Assembly (NCBI GenBank): GCA_051294905.1
Contig: CM119380.1
Coordinates: forward strand, 22,940,001-23,004,000
DNA: 64,000 nucleotides
Direction of reading: 5' to 3'
DNA from: Botryllus schlosseri
Taxonomy: Eukaryota
The notes under the pieces are model-generated. The model searched no databases. It was not told the DNA's origin and was given only the letters and a program-made list of their open reading frames with translations. Shown here piece by piece: positions 39,538-52,635 of this stretch; the stretch's first letter is position 1; each line of letters opens with the position of its first letter. The position numbers and the translations under genes are program-made.

Positions 39538-40344
39538 TAGGGCTGGGCACAATGATTCGAGTACTCGAATCTGAATCGAGTATTAATTTTAATGATTCGA
39601 GTCGAGTAGTAAAAGATGATTTTTTCGAGTACTGAAATTGTACGCTTCTCGCCACTGAACTAATACTGTTGCCCTACCTCGCCCAGACATTGCTTCATTG
39701 ATCATTTGCTACCATCGTTTAATTTTTCTTCTATTTTTTTTTTTTTAACTACCGTAACATTTTTTACAGCCAGACTGTTTAGAGTCAAGTGTACCTGTTT
39801 GATGCTGGTGTGATCAGACTAGATGACCTTCACGGTCTTCTCGATCATTCCTATCTAATACCGAATACTGTGTATGCATATTTTCTGTACCACCACCACT
39901 GCCGTGTGTTATGTATTTTGGTTTGATGAAAATAAAGACTCTCTCTCTCTCTCTCTCTCTCAACGAAAATTATAGTTTCGATACTAATTTTCACTATTGA
40001 AGCCTTGAAACCTTGATCGGTCGTATCGTAGCATACGAAACATATAATACAAAGCTACGAACGTTATTGGAAATAGCACATTTCCGAAGTCATGATCATC
40101 TCACAACATTGTCACCAAGTGCAATGAAATCGGTATGGTCGAAAAAATACCAAAGTATTATTGATGTGATGGATAGTAGGCATTATATTCTTTGTGGTCG
40201 CATAAAAGGTACATAATTGAACTTTAATATATTACATTCTGTTATGACGTCATAATGAGTGATACTCGATTACTCGACTCGACTCGAAGCATAATACGTG
40301 ATTCAGAATCGAATCACTCAGGTACTCGATTTTGCCCAGCCCTA
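39538..40344. mobile_element. hAT MITE (TAGGGCTGGGCA ends) with nested retroelement 3' end and (CT)n tail
   Basis: TIRs tagggctgggca / tgcccagcccta; perfect TSD accacgac; the nested 39780-39960 segment has a reverse copy at about 49530-49720. Confidence 0.9.
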
Positions 40345-42650
40345 ACCACGACGAATAAATTTGAAGAGCACTGCTAACTGATTGTTGGATAATAATCTGA
40401 CAAGCGAAGTGACACAATGCGATATCGAATTAGCAAACCGACGACGTAATGTGAACTGTGAGTCGTGTAGTTGGGAAGGTCAGCGTGTATCAGAGCAAAT
40501 ACAATCTCTTATTGATTTAGCTGTCATGTGTTTTCCGCCCATGCCTATACGTTGAATTGGGGATGTGTATAGTAATTTCTTACGAAAACCTCAGTATGAA
40601 GAGTGGTAATAAGATTAGAAACAAGTCGCCAATTGCATCAGCGACCGTTTGGGGCATGTATTTATAAATTTGACTCGAAAGGGCCACACCAACCATGAAC
40701 CTCACCGCACGCCACTCGGTTAAGTTCATATCGCACCTGGTGCTGTATTTGCGTTATATTGACGTGAACTGTTTGTGTTAGTGATAATGGTATTGATTAC
40801 ACAATTCACAACCTGCTGCACTTTAGTTGCGGACAAACTCTGATGCAAGGGAAGGCGACTTCTTGAGCAAGCCTGATTCGCTGACGGGCATTAAAATGTC
40901 TCTGGAAGAAACTTCCCAAGCCTACAATCCCCCTGCTATACACACAGCTAGCTCAAAGGTCATTTTCCAAAATCCAATGGAGACAATAAATAATCAAACT
41001 GTGACGCAACGGGCATCCGAAACTGCATGCATAGCGTGAAATCGTTAAGACTCTTGGCCTGTGGTTATTTGATAACCAATACACTTATTCACACATGCTC
41101 CTTCCGATAAATATTTGCTAGTTGGTGGAATCTGGTGCAACGAGGATCCGATTTCAACGACCTTCGTACTCTTCCAATGTATTACAAAGACATTCGGATC
41201 CTCAGATACCTAATAAACAGGGAGTTGCTGCTCATAATTAGCATTCATCAACTTGCGTTCGAGATAAAGATAGCGTGTGGACTCAGAACTGATATTGTGA
41301 CCTATGAAATTGGGATTTCCTTATATTTGCTTCAATGAATCCCGTAGAGATTCATGTTCTTGTATGAAAATATTCAAGAGTCACTGTGGTGTAGGACGAT
41401 GTACCGCTATTAAGCAAAACATACTTTAGCCAATTAGTAGTCAGGTCGCTGTATTTTTCTATTGCGTGGTCGGGCTATGGTGAAGCTACGAATATGTGCA
41501 GGACAGACATTGCATTGTATGGTACGGTATAGTATACTGAATGCTTTCTGTATCTAACACGGAAATATGCAGATGTGTTATTGAAAAAATTCCCATACTT
41601 CCATATTCGACTACTTTTGTCGGCACCACGATGAATTTGCCACTGATCTTTTGTTTGCGCATCTTTATTAGGTTCCGCGTAAAGCTTACGAAGCCTTGGT
41701 CTATATTCATTTCATGAACCTCCATTTCACGTATTCATGGTACTTTCTTGCAGAAGGTGAAATTTTCGACCGACTTGTATTTAAAAGCTACTCGAAAATT
41801 CGTGTTTACAGCCACGTTGATTTACGTGTACTAAACGTCTGTTGACATATAATAGCTTTCTGTAGCAGCATGATCTAATGATCAATTTTCCCATGGTGAT
41901 TACTGGTTTGTAAATTTCTTTAATGAGAATGAGTTTTGCAGTTGTCCTTCGTCTGTACCAATTATGATAATGAATCATCAAAGGACTTAAACACTCTACC
42001 AATACGATTGGAGTTGACGAAAGGCTTCGTTGCAATGCGATTCACTGCAGTATTGATAAAGTATTCTGTAACTCCGATTTTGAATTGCTTGGTAGCCTAT
42101 TAAAGGATTGACTTACAATGCAAATGCATTACGCTGATCTAGCAAAGAATATAGGCCTACCACACCTTAAACCTTGATATTCGTGAGGGACAATTGCAAT
42201 TAGATTAAGAGTCACTCAACATCAATTGTCCAACTATATTATTTTGTTTGCGGGAGACAGGGCAAACGTTGCTACATTGGTGCATAAAGTATTTGCGGAA
42301 GATAATATATGAAACAAGGACCTAGGATTATCTTCCCATCGGAGTTGGTTTAAGTAACAGTGCGTCCGAAATATTATTGTGCCAGAAAACGCATTATATT
42401 TATCACACTGAAGGTATTATAATACCTTCTATAGAAAGAAAGTATGGAAACTGTATCAACTATATGGTATAGAAGGATGTCAGTATGGTATGGAAAGTGT
42501 TAGCGAAATGTAGAATATGAAAATTGCTCGTTCCATACCATTATGCCATTTTCCTACCTGCACAATGCGAATAACCCCAACTGATCTTCGCAGGAAAGGT
42601 CGTTTGCTAATATCTCTAACGAGTTATTTTATTGCGGTACTGCAAGGAAG

Positions 42651-43324
42651 ATGAAATCCTACATCGCTATCTGCCTCATTGTCATTTTGGCCATTGCAGC
42701 CGTAGAGTGCTCACCTGCAGCGGGTAAGTCTAACTGTACAAGTGCACTTTCACAATTTGCAAATGGATCAACGTGCAGGCATTTGTTGTTTCCTATAGTC
42801 TTCGTTTCTGTTATAATATTTCAGGCAATAACGATGCCTTGATTCTGTTGGTCTGCTGTTCGATTTTTCCTAACAGTAAACTATCTGCGCAAACAACGCA
42901 ATTCGAACAATAAATAGAATTGAGGTGTAATGTGGTTCATGCCCCTGACTTTTTGTATGCATTTATAGAGACAATTGCAGCCGAATACGGATCATGCTGG
43001 AGTTTTTGTACAGTATCTATGCCGCTATTTATATTATATGCTTATCATTTAGGCGCGCCGGACTGGGGGGAATGGATGTCTTCTGTAAAGACGTACGCGA
43101 CGTAAGTGATTACTGATAGTCCAGAAGATTTCAATTATAGCACTATGTTTCGATAGGCCTGGTAGAATTATCATTGTCAGATTTGTTAAATATCCAATTC
43201 TCTTCTCAGTGCTGTTGCCCAAACCGGGAAGACATACGGCACGGCAGCGATTGAGAAGGTCAAGGAGGGCTGGGCCGGAGTGACCACGACTTTCAATGGT
43301 CACTTGGCGAGTAATCAAGAGTAA
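42651..43324 (+). CDS. Gene B copy 1: secreted apolipoprotein-C-like peptide, 78 aa, 3 coding exons
   Basis: Exons 42651-42723 (MKSYIAICLIVILAIAAVECSPAA, G|gtaagt, phase 1), 43053-43101 (catttag|GAPDWGEWMSSVKTYA AC|gtaagt, phase 2), 43210-43324 (ttctcag|T AVAQTGKTYGTAAIEKVKEGWAGVTTTFNGHLASNQE*); AATAAA at 43456-43461. Confidence 0.85.
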
Positions 43325-46300
43325 TTCCAATGGACTGCAAACCGAAAGGGTCAAGACATATTTCAAACTGACGTCTTCTTCATTGTATTCTGTAATTTTG
43401 AAATTTATTACAGTATTTTTTCGGTATTGAACAAGTTATCGCATTTTACCGGCCCAATAAACTTTTCAATTAGAAATAACATTCTTTCGAATTCGGGATA
43501 AGCATCGCAGAACTTTCGACAGGTTAAACAATTTTAGCGTAGCATGAATTCATAACTTTGGAAAGGTTGAACTGCGGCCCATATTTGACTGCGTATTTTG
43601 GAGATGAAAATAATTTAGAATGAAACATATTATTAAAAAAGCACGTGGATCTGGAACTACAAATATTTACAGCCAATCTTCACTCAATGCCCTTAAAACC
43701 GACAAGAAATATTAACACTAATTCTACATACTTAAGTATCGTCAATGGTGACCCCCTTCTCAAAGGACTCCGCATGGAGAAGTCCAACAATTGGCCACCA
43801 ATCGGCAGTATCATTGTTACTCCTGCCAATATATTTGAATTTGGAACCACTGTATGGTCGGAAATTTGACCATGTGTGGATTACATTCGAATTTGATCTA
43901 CGACTTTCGGGTGTAATTTGATTTGAAATTGAACTTTGAAGCTAAATTCTAGAACAGGGCTTGGAGCAGCTACCATGAATTGTGCGTTATCTGTCTGCAG
44001 GGATGGGCAAAACCTAGGACCAGAGTGATTCGATTTCAAATCGAGTGTTACGCTCCGATTCGAGTGTTCGAGTATCACTCATTATGAAGTCAAAACAGTA
44101 TGGATGACTTGGAAAGCTCAAATATGTGACTTTAATGTTATCACAAAATGACAGTTACACAACAACGAAGATAATTTGGTATTTTTCGGCCATGTCTATG
44201 CTTTAGATGAGAGGTGTCAACCATACGGACCGTCAGACGGTTTCATCCGACCCTCGAAGCAATTTTGAGTAGATTGGAAAATGTTTGTATTATCCAGCAG
44301 CCAGCACATATCTAACATATGTTTAGAATTTCAGTCAGAAATACACCCATTATATAATCCCCCAAGACAGCAAATGTTATAACGTACGTTTTGGTCGTTG
44401 CCTAGCTCAAACGATAGTTCGTTATATTTATTTGATTAGAGTTTTGGCTGTAACAATTTTAGGCTTGTCGAGTAGCTTGCCAACTCAAATTGAGTCTACC
44501 ACCTCACTTTCTTTGCTTCCTATAATCCGAGCCTTCCCCTGAGACCCGGTCAAATGTAACTCAACAAATTACAGAATAGGATAACAAATTTACTACATAG
44601 AAAGATCACGTCAACGTCGAGGCAATAGTCACAATAGCGGTTACCAACAGTTAACTCTCTAGGCTCTTAAACTTGCAATCTAAATCAATAAAATACAATC
44701 ACCTGAATGATGGCCGAAACTTACAATACTTATACAATACAAATAATGCCCTATGGTACATCATATCCCTAAATTTAGCCTAACTTCAATCACCGATCCA
44801 ACGATATTACAAGCAACAAAGCGACTAAACTTCAACAAGTGGCTATCAAGACACGAGGGGAAAATCCAACCAGAGAGGGCACTACTAAGCTGTGAGGCTC
44901 ACAATCACTTGACCATTTCTCGTGCTACAAATGTCGAGTATGTTCATTGTTCATAGGCCACATTATAACCACCCAACAGCGGTCTTATGGTCACCATTCT
45001 AGTCACCATTAGGAACCAAGTCGCTAACATTGATACCCAATTCCGGAAAAACAAAAACCGCACACTGATTTCAGAGGCTTATGAAAAATATTTGCTAGTT
45101 GGTGGAATCTGGTGCAACGAGGATCCGATTTCAACGACCTTCGTACTCTTCCAATGTATTACAAAGACATTCGGATCCTCAGATACCTAATAAACAGGGA
45201 GTTGCTGCTCATAATTAGCATTCATCAACTTGCGTTCGAGATAAAGATAGCGTGTGGACTCAGAACTGATATTGTGACCTATGAAATTGGGATTTCCTTA
45301 TATTTGCTTCAATGAATCCCGTAGAGATTCATGTTCTTGTATGAAAATATTCAAGAGTCACTGTGGTGTAGGACGATGTACCGCTATTAAGCAAAACATA
45401 CTTTAGCCAATTAGTAGTCAGGTCGCTGTATTTTTCTATTGCGTGGTCGGGCTATGGTGAAGCTACGAATATGTGCAGGACAGACATTGCATTGTATGGT
45501 ACGGTATAGTATACTGAATGCTTTCTGTATCTAACACGGAAATATGCAGATGTGTTATTGAAAAAATTCCCATACTTCCATATTCGACTACTTTTGTCGG
45601 CACCACGATGAATTTGCCACTGATCTTTTGTTTGCGCATCTTTATTAGGTTCCGCGTAAAGCTTACGAAGCCTTGGTCTATATTCATTTCATGAACCTCC
45701 ATTTCACGTATTCATGGTACTTTCTTGCAGAAGGTGAAATTTTCGACCGACTTGTATTTAAAAGCTACTCGAAAATTCGTGTTTACAGCCACGTTGATTT
45801 ACGTGTACTAAACGTCTGTTGACATATAATAGCTTTCTGTAGCAGCATGATCTAATGATCAATTTTCCCATGGTGATTACTGGTTTGTAAATTTCTTTAA
45901 TGAGAATGAGTTTTGCAGTTGTCCTTCGTCTGTACCAATTATGATAATGAATCATCAAAGGACTTAAACACTCTACCAATACGATTGGAGTTGACGAAAG
46001 GCTTCGTTGCAATGCGATTCACTGCAGTATTGATAAAGTATTCTGTAACTCCGATTTTGAATTGCTTGGTAGCCTATTAAAGGATTGACTTACAATGCAA
46101 ATGCATTACGCTGATCTAGCAAAGAATATAGGCCTACCACACCTTAAACCTTGATATTCGTGAGGGACAATTGCAATTAGATTAAGAGTCACTCAACATC
46201 AATTGTCCAACTATATTATTTTGTTTGCGGGAGACAGGGCAAACGTTGCTACATTGGTGCATAAAGTATTTGCGGAAGATAATATATGAAACAAGGACCT

Positions 46301-46627
46301 AGGATTATCTTCCCATCGGAGTTGGTTTAAGTAACAGTGCGTCCGAAATATTATTGTGCCAGAAAACGCATTATATTTATCACACTGAAGGTATTATAAT
46401 ACCTTCTATAGAAAGAAAGTATGGAAACTGTATCAACTATATGGTATAGAAGGATGTCAGTATGGTATGGAAAGTGTTAGCGAAATGTAGAATATGAAAA
46501 TTGCTCGTTCCATACCATTATGCCATTTTCCTACCTGCACAATGCGAATAACCCCAACTGATCTTCGCAGGAAAGGTCGTTTGCTAATATCTCTAACGAG
46601 TTATTTTATTGCGGTACTGCAAGGAAG

Positions 46628-47301
46628 ATGAAATCCTACATCGCTATCTGCCTCATTGTCATTTTGGCCATTGCAGCCGTAGAGTGCTCACCTGCAGCGG
46701 GTAAGTCTAACTGTACAAGTGCACTTTCACAATTTGCAAATGGATCAACGTGCAGGCATTTGTTGTTTCCTATAGTCTTCGTTTCTGTTATAATATTTCA
46801 GGCAATAACGATGCCTTGATTCTGTTGGTCTGCTGTTCGATTTTTCCTAACAGTAAACTATCTGCGCAAACAACGCAATTCGAACAATAAATAGAATTGA
46901 GGTGTAATGTGGTTCATGCCCCTGACTTTTTGTATGCATTTATAGAGACAATTGCAGCCGAATACGGATCATGCTGGAGTTTTTGTACAGTATCTATGCC
47001 GCTATTTATATTATATGCTTATCATTTAGGCGCGCCGGACTGGGGGGAATGGATGTCTTCTGTAAAGACGTACGCGACGTAAGTGATTACTGATAGTCCA
47101 GAAGATTTCAATTATAGCACTATGTTTCGATAGGCCTGGTAGAATTATCATTGTCAGATTTGTTAAATATCCAATTCTCTTCTCAGTGCTGTTGCCCAAA
47201 CCGGGAAGACATACGGCACGGCAGCGATTGAGAAGGTCAAGGAGGGCTGGGCCGGAGTGACCACGACTTTCAATGGTCACTTGGCGAGTAATCAAGAGTA
47301 A
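46628..47301 (+). CDS. Gene B copy 2 (identical, in second duplication unit)
   Basis: Exons 46628-46700, 47030-47078, 47187-47301 with the same splice sites; AATAAA at 47433-47438. Confidence 0.8.
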
Positions 47302-50089
47302 TTCCAATGGACTGCAAACCGAAAGGGTCAAGACATATTTCAAACTGACGTCTTCTTCATTGTATTCTGTAATTTTGAAATTTATTACAGTATTTTTTCG
47401 GTATTGAACAAGTTATCGCATTTTACCGGCCCAATAAACTTTTCAATTAGAAATAACATTCTTTCGAATTCGGGATAAGCATCGCAGAACTTTCGACAGG
47501 TTAAACAATTTTAGCGTAGCATGAATTCATAACTTTGGAAAGGTTGAACTGCGGCCCATATTTGACTGCGTATTTTGGAGATGAAAATAATTTAGAATGA
47601 AACATATTATTAAAAAAGCACGTGGATCTGGAACTACAAATATTTACAGCCAATCTTCACTCAATGCCCTTAAAACCGACAAGAAATATTAACACTAATT
47701 CTACATACTTAAGTATCGTCAATGGTGACCCCCTTCTCAAAGGACTCCGCATGGAGAAGTCCAACAATTGGCCACCAATCGGCAGTATCATTGTTACTCC
47801 TGCCAATATATTTGAATTTGGAACCACTGTATGGTCGGAAATTTGACCATGTGTGGATTACATTCGAATTTGATCTACGACTTTCGGGTGTAATTTGATT
47901 TGAAATTGAACTTTGAAGCTAAATTCTAGAACAGGGCTTGGAGCAGCTACCATGAATTGTGCGTTATCTGTCTGCAGGGATGGGCAAAACCTAGGACCAG
48001 AGTGATTCGATTTCAAATCGAGTGTTACGCTCCGATTCGAGTGTTCGAGTATCACTCATTATGAAGTCAAAACAGTATGGATGACTTGGAAAGCTCAAAT
48101 ATGTGACTTTAATGTTATCACAAAATGACAGTTACACAACAACGAAGATAATTTGGTATTTTTCGGCCATGTCTATGCTTTAGATGAGAGGTGTCAACCA
48201 TACGGACCGTCAGACGGTTTCATCCGACCCTCGAAGCAATTTTGAGTAGATTGGAAAATGTTTGTATTATCCAGCAGCCAGCACATATCTAACATATGTT
48301 TAGAATTTCAGTCAGAAATACACCCATTATATAATCCCCCAAGACAGCAAATGTTATAACGTACGTTTTGGTCGTTGCCTAGCTCAAACGATAGTTCGTT
48401 ATATTTATTTGATTAGAGTTTTGGCTGTAACAATTTTAGGCTTGTCGAGTAGCTTGCCAACTCAAATTGAGTCTACCACCTCACTTTCTTTGCTTCCTAT
48501 AATCCGAGCCTTCCCCTGAGACCCGGTCAAATGTAACTCAACAAATTACAGAATAGGATAACAAATTTACTACATAGAAAGATCACGTCAACGTCGAGGC
48601 AATAGTCACAATAGCGGTTACCAACAGTTAACTCTCTAGGCTCTTAAACTTGCAATCTAAATCAATAAAATACAATCACCTGAATGATGGCCGAAACTTA
48701 CAATACTTATACAATACAAATAATGCCCTATGGTACATCATATCCCTAAATTTAGCCTAACTTCAATCACCGATCCAACGATATTACAAGCAACAAAGCG
48801 ACTAAACTTCAACAAGTGGCTATCAAGACACGAGGGGAAAATCCAACCAGAGAGGGCACTACTAAGCTGTGAGGCTCACAATCACTTGACCATTTCTCGT
48901 GCTACAAATGTCGAGTATGTTCATTGTTCATAGGCCACATTATAACCACCCAACAGCGGTCTTATGGTCACCATTCTAGTCACCATTAGGAACCAAGTCG
49001 CTAACATTGATACCCAATTCCGGAAAAACAAAAACCGCACACTGATTTCAGAGGCTTATGAAAAATGGACCAAAAAGCAGTTCGTCGCACAAGCGAAAAC
49101 GCCAATGCGAAACCGTTATACGCAGGTAGTATTGACAATAAATTAGTCACAAAAATATAATTGAAATATCTGTTGTCGCAGTGCTGCATCAGTTTCGCCT
49201 TAACAGGCTCCCTGCCTCCACAGAAATCCGAATCATGATTTACAATTCATGAACCAAATCCCAACGTTCGCGTTTACAGCTAATCTCCTGTATACTATTC
49301 CTCACAACACATGCCACATACTCAGGGCTAACGCCAGACTACGACTAAAACAAAGGAAGATCAGAACTATGCCAACCTATGTCGTCGTTAGAGCCACTGT
49401 TTTAGCGGTTTATGACTGTATTCAACCTGTCAATCATCGTACTATTGTTAATTCCGTTCTTTGCGAATAATGGTGTTACTAAAATAGAACCCCTACCCAG
49501 TACCCTATCATCCGTAGGCTAATATGATGTAATAGAGAGAGAGAGTCTTTTAGAGAGAGTCTTTATTTTTCATCAAACCAAATACATAACACTCGGCAGT
49601 GGTGGTGGTACAGAAAATATGCATGCACAGTATTCGGTATTAGATAGGAATGATCGATAAGACCGTGAGGGTCATCTAGTCTGACTATCATGCATCCAGG
49701 CTTGTGACAAACAAGGGCATAGATTATGAGGTAACATTTTGGAATAATTTGGCCAATCTGACCTGCGCGCGATCTGAAAGTTTGAATCCGGCCCGGGACG
49801 CAAGTTGAATTCGACACCCCTGCTTTTGATGATGGGATGGTTTCAGGGCTCCCACGGCGAGAGGAATGCATCAAAACTATAATTGTTGTTGATTAAATAA
49901 CTCTTGGTGAAAAGGATTGCATAAATTTCAGTACTCGAAAACACATATCTGATATCTCACTGTTGGACTAGAATCGTTACAATTAATACTGTATTCGTAT
50001 CGTCGAGAATCGCTCTTGCTTCCGCGCACTGTGCTGTCTGTACTTCTCAGTTGCCATCATATATTCCAGAGAGCCATAGTTTCGAGTGT

Positions 50090-50445
50090 TGGAAGGTGTG
50101 TCGTGACAGTAGCTGACCAGAAAACAGTTTTAGCTTTACCCGGCCTTCACTGTCGAATAATTTCGTGAGTAAAAGTGCCCGTCCCTTGAAGTCCGTTGTT
50201 CAATCCAGTTATGTGTTCAAAGAGATCAACTAAAACAACGTCAGATCTGAAAGCCATTCGGAATTTCTGTGTTGAGGATACTCTTCATCTTTCCCTCTCA
50301 TCTCCAAAAACAGTAATATTAACAGCAAGTATATAATGGGGGATTGCGACAGACTGTGGCCGCGGATTAGATTATCATGTAAGACTGGAAACTGTCTGCG
50401 GGTCGGGTCCGACCCGCGGGCCGTATGTTGCGTTTCCCGCCTCTC
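50090..50445 (-). mobile_element. Degraded hAT transposase fragment (GTF2IRD2/Buster-like)
   Basis: Minus strand FLEMRGKDEEYPQHRNSEWLSDLT/(frameshift)VDLFEHITGLNNGLQG resembles EWLxDLAFLVDxxEHLNxLNxxLQG; hAT-like terminus caacatacggcccgcgggtcgga near 50400-50435. Confidence 0.7.
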
Positions 50446-51019
50446 CACTATGCCCCGATAGAATAGCCTTTTTTACTCGTTCGCCACTCTATTTGTATTG
50501 ACCGATGCAACATGATTGCGAATTGTCGCGTTGCGCATAACCATTCTTCATTTATTACAAAGAACGATCAAAAGGCATCGCCTCATTGAATGAATATAAA
50601 TTCTGAATTTTGCTAATTTCGTGTACTTTCAAACAAGAGCCGTTGCGCGTACGCTCATCGCGGGTAAATTTATTGATTGTGTTTAGTGAAAGCTTAGCAT
50701 GCATGTGCAGAGTTGGTCATTATCTGTAATCAGGTACAGACAGAAGTAACGCCTAAAATATCCGTCTTCTGATATATACTATCCTTATTTTTCTTTTTGT
50801 AGCACCAAAAAACGGTGTCTCGATAATTTCCGCATGATGCCATGGCGGGGTATTAAAGCTTGTTGTGAAATATGCAAGACGGGCGTGATGCATCTCGGAA
50901 ATTCTTTGATGTCACATTGATTTGATACCTTGTGCGATCCTACTATTTACATTCTCTAGGTCAGTGGTTCTTAACCTGGGCTCCAGCGACCCCATGGGAT
51001 CGCATGGGATCATCGCTCT

Positions 51020-51248
51020 ATCAATCAAATATACCGGACCTAATGTATGGAACAGTATGTCGTCGGCTATCAGTCAGTCATCGAGCATGTACAATGTACA
51101 TGTACACTTTTCAAGTCGATATACAAGCAATTTCTGCTTAAGAAAACTCCTAGTCGTTTCGGCATCTTCCTATCATTCATTGTATTGCAGTCTTGTGATG
51201 TTTCGAAGTGATAAAATTTTATGAATAAACTTGAACTTAAACTTGAAC
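51020..51248 (+). mobile_element. Third 3' end of the L2/Crack-like LINE family, (AACTTG)n-like tail
   Basis: SIKYTGPNVWNSMSSAISQSSSM and the same 3'UTR as 1860-2236. Confidence 0.75.
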
Positions 51249-51249
51249 A

Positions 51250-51900
51250 CGAACTCCCCAAATTGATCGTCAAAGTTGCTTTTGGTGATGTAACGGATAG
51301 TAGACGGATGAAAGATATTGAACGCGGCCTCGTTGAGGTCATCTTTGTCAACGGAAGCAGGATGTCTGCTGAAGCGATGAGATTCAGCAGGTAGTAGCCT
51401 ATATGCGTTGTTGAGATAATAAGCAGCCGATATAATTGTTGTCACTTATTTTAGCAGATAGAACAAACGGGAATATGTCTTTGTCAGGCACATCCGAGTA
51501 CAAGTGATAAATTAAAGACCTTGAAGGACAGAGACCAACGGCTGTTAGAGTATGAGTTCGATCTGCTTTTAAGAATATCTATATTTATATCACCCATAAT
51601 GAAACAGATCTTTTTTGCACTGTTGATTTTATCCTCGGTGAATTCAGCGATTATATTTTTGCCATTAGGATGGCGTGCGACGAGAAAGGATTTGTGTTTT
51701 GCCGATTGGGTGGTCAATTTCTAGCCACAATTCTTCGCTTTGATCAATATTCAGTCTGTATTCCGAACAGTTTGTAAGAAATGTCATCATCTACGTATAC
51801 ACCAACTCCGCCGTAGGTTTCGGGCGCTGGCGTATATTCGAAGGTATAGTCCGATATATTTACATTCTCTGAGGATTCATTCGGCAAATTGCGTGCGACG
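51250..51900 (-). pseudogene. LINE APE-endonuclease remnant
   Basis: Minus-strand pieces YTFEYTPAPETYGGVGVYVDDDISYK and ICFIMGDINIDIL (GGV.xY and GDxN motifs), frameshifted. Confidence 0.75.
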
Positions 51901-52635
51901 CTTCGGCATGCGATAATTGGGCATGCGAGATACGACACATGAGCAAGAGCATGAGTATGTGGGTTAAATTACGGGTTAGGAATGGATTAGGGTTGGATTT
52001 ATGGTTGGGTTAGGGTTAGACTTGGGGTTGGGGTAAGTTTTTGGGTTATACAGTCACATGCTGAAGTGGCGCATGCTGAATAAGTGTCCCGTGCTGAACT
52101 GTCGTTTTCCAGTGTGTCGCATGCTCATATGTCGGGTAACCCTATTATTTTTACTACTGTCCCTAAATTATGGGAGGCGCCAGACTTGAGCAATTTATGA
52201 AAAGAGGCGCTGCGCTGGACTGAAAATGGTTAATAAACACTGCTTTGATTTGGTGGAAAATTTTTTTAAACTGATGGTTATGATGACCTTCAAAGAAAGC
52301 AAACCAGAATTCTAGCATTATAAATCGACGCTTCCGAAAAATGTAAATCCGGATCCAGTGTGTTTAAGAAAACTTGAAATGCGAATCCTTATCCTAAGTT
52401 ATCCTGTGAACTGCGAAGGTCGATGAACTTGAACATAGCCACTGCCCACTGTGCCCAGCACATTCCTCCAAATAAATCCAAGACCGAAATTTTCGGAATT
52501 ATTCCGGATAGAACTGAGCATCGACGCTCCCGGTAAAATCCCCATCAATGAAATGTTTACGATGAGCGTCAGTCCTGTTTTGGGGTGATTAGTTAGATCT
52601 GGGTTTTCGCTATCTAGACTTCGCATCGGTATATT

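Larger units (their letters stand above)
41109..49066. repeat. Tandem segmental duplication, unit 3977 bp, apparently identical copies
   Basis: All ORF translations repeat at +3977; spot checks show no differences; 4-bp microhomology aaat at the junction (45086-45089). Confidence 0.95.

Noticed and set aside
43210-43283. Alternative frame VLLPKPGRHTARQRLRRSRRAGPE* (cationic peptide) if gene B exon 2 were skipped
   Set aside because: Exon 2 has strong splice sites and gives the periodic 11-mer product; there is no evidence for skipping.
44703-44720. ctgaatga-tggcc-gaaac hammerhead-like core (duplicated at 48680-48697)
   Set aside because: Extra base in the CUGANGA box and no stem III or NUH cleavage triplet could be formed.
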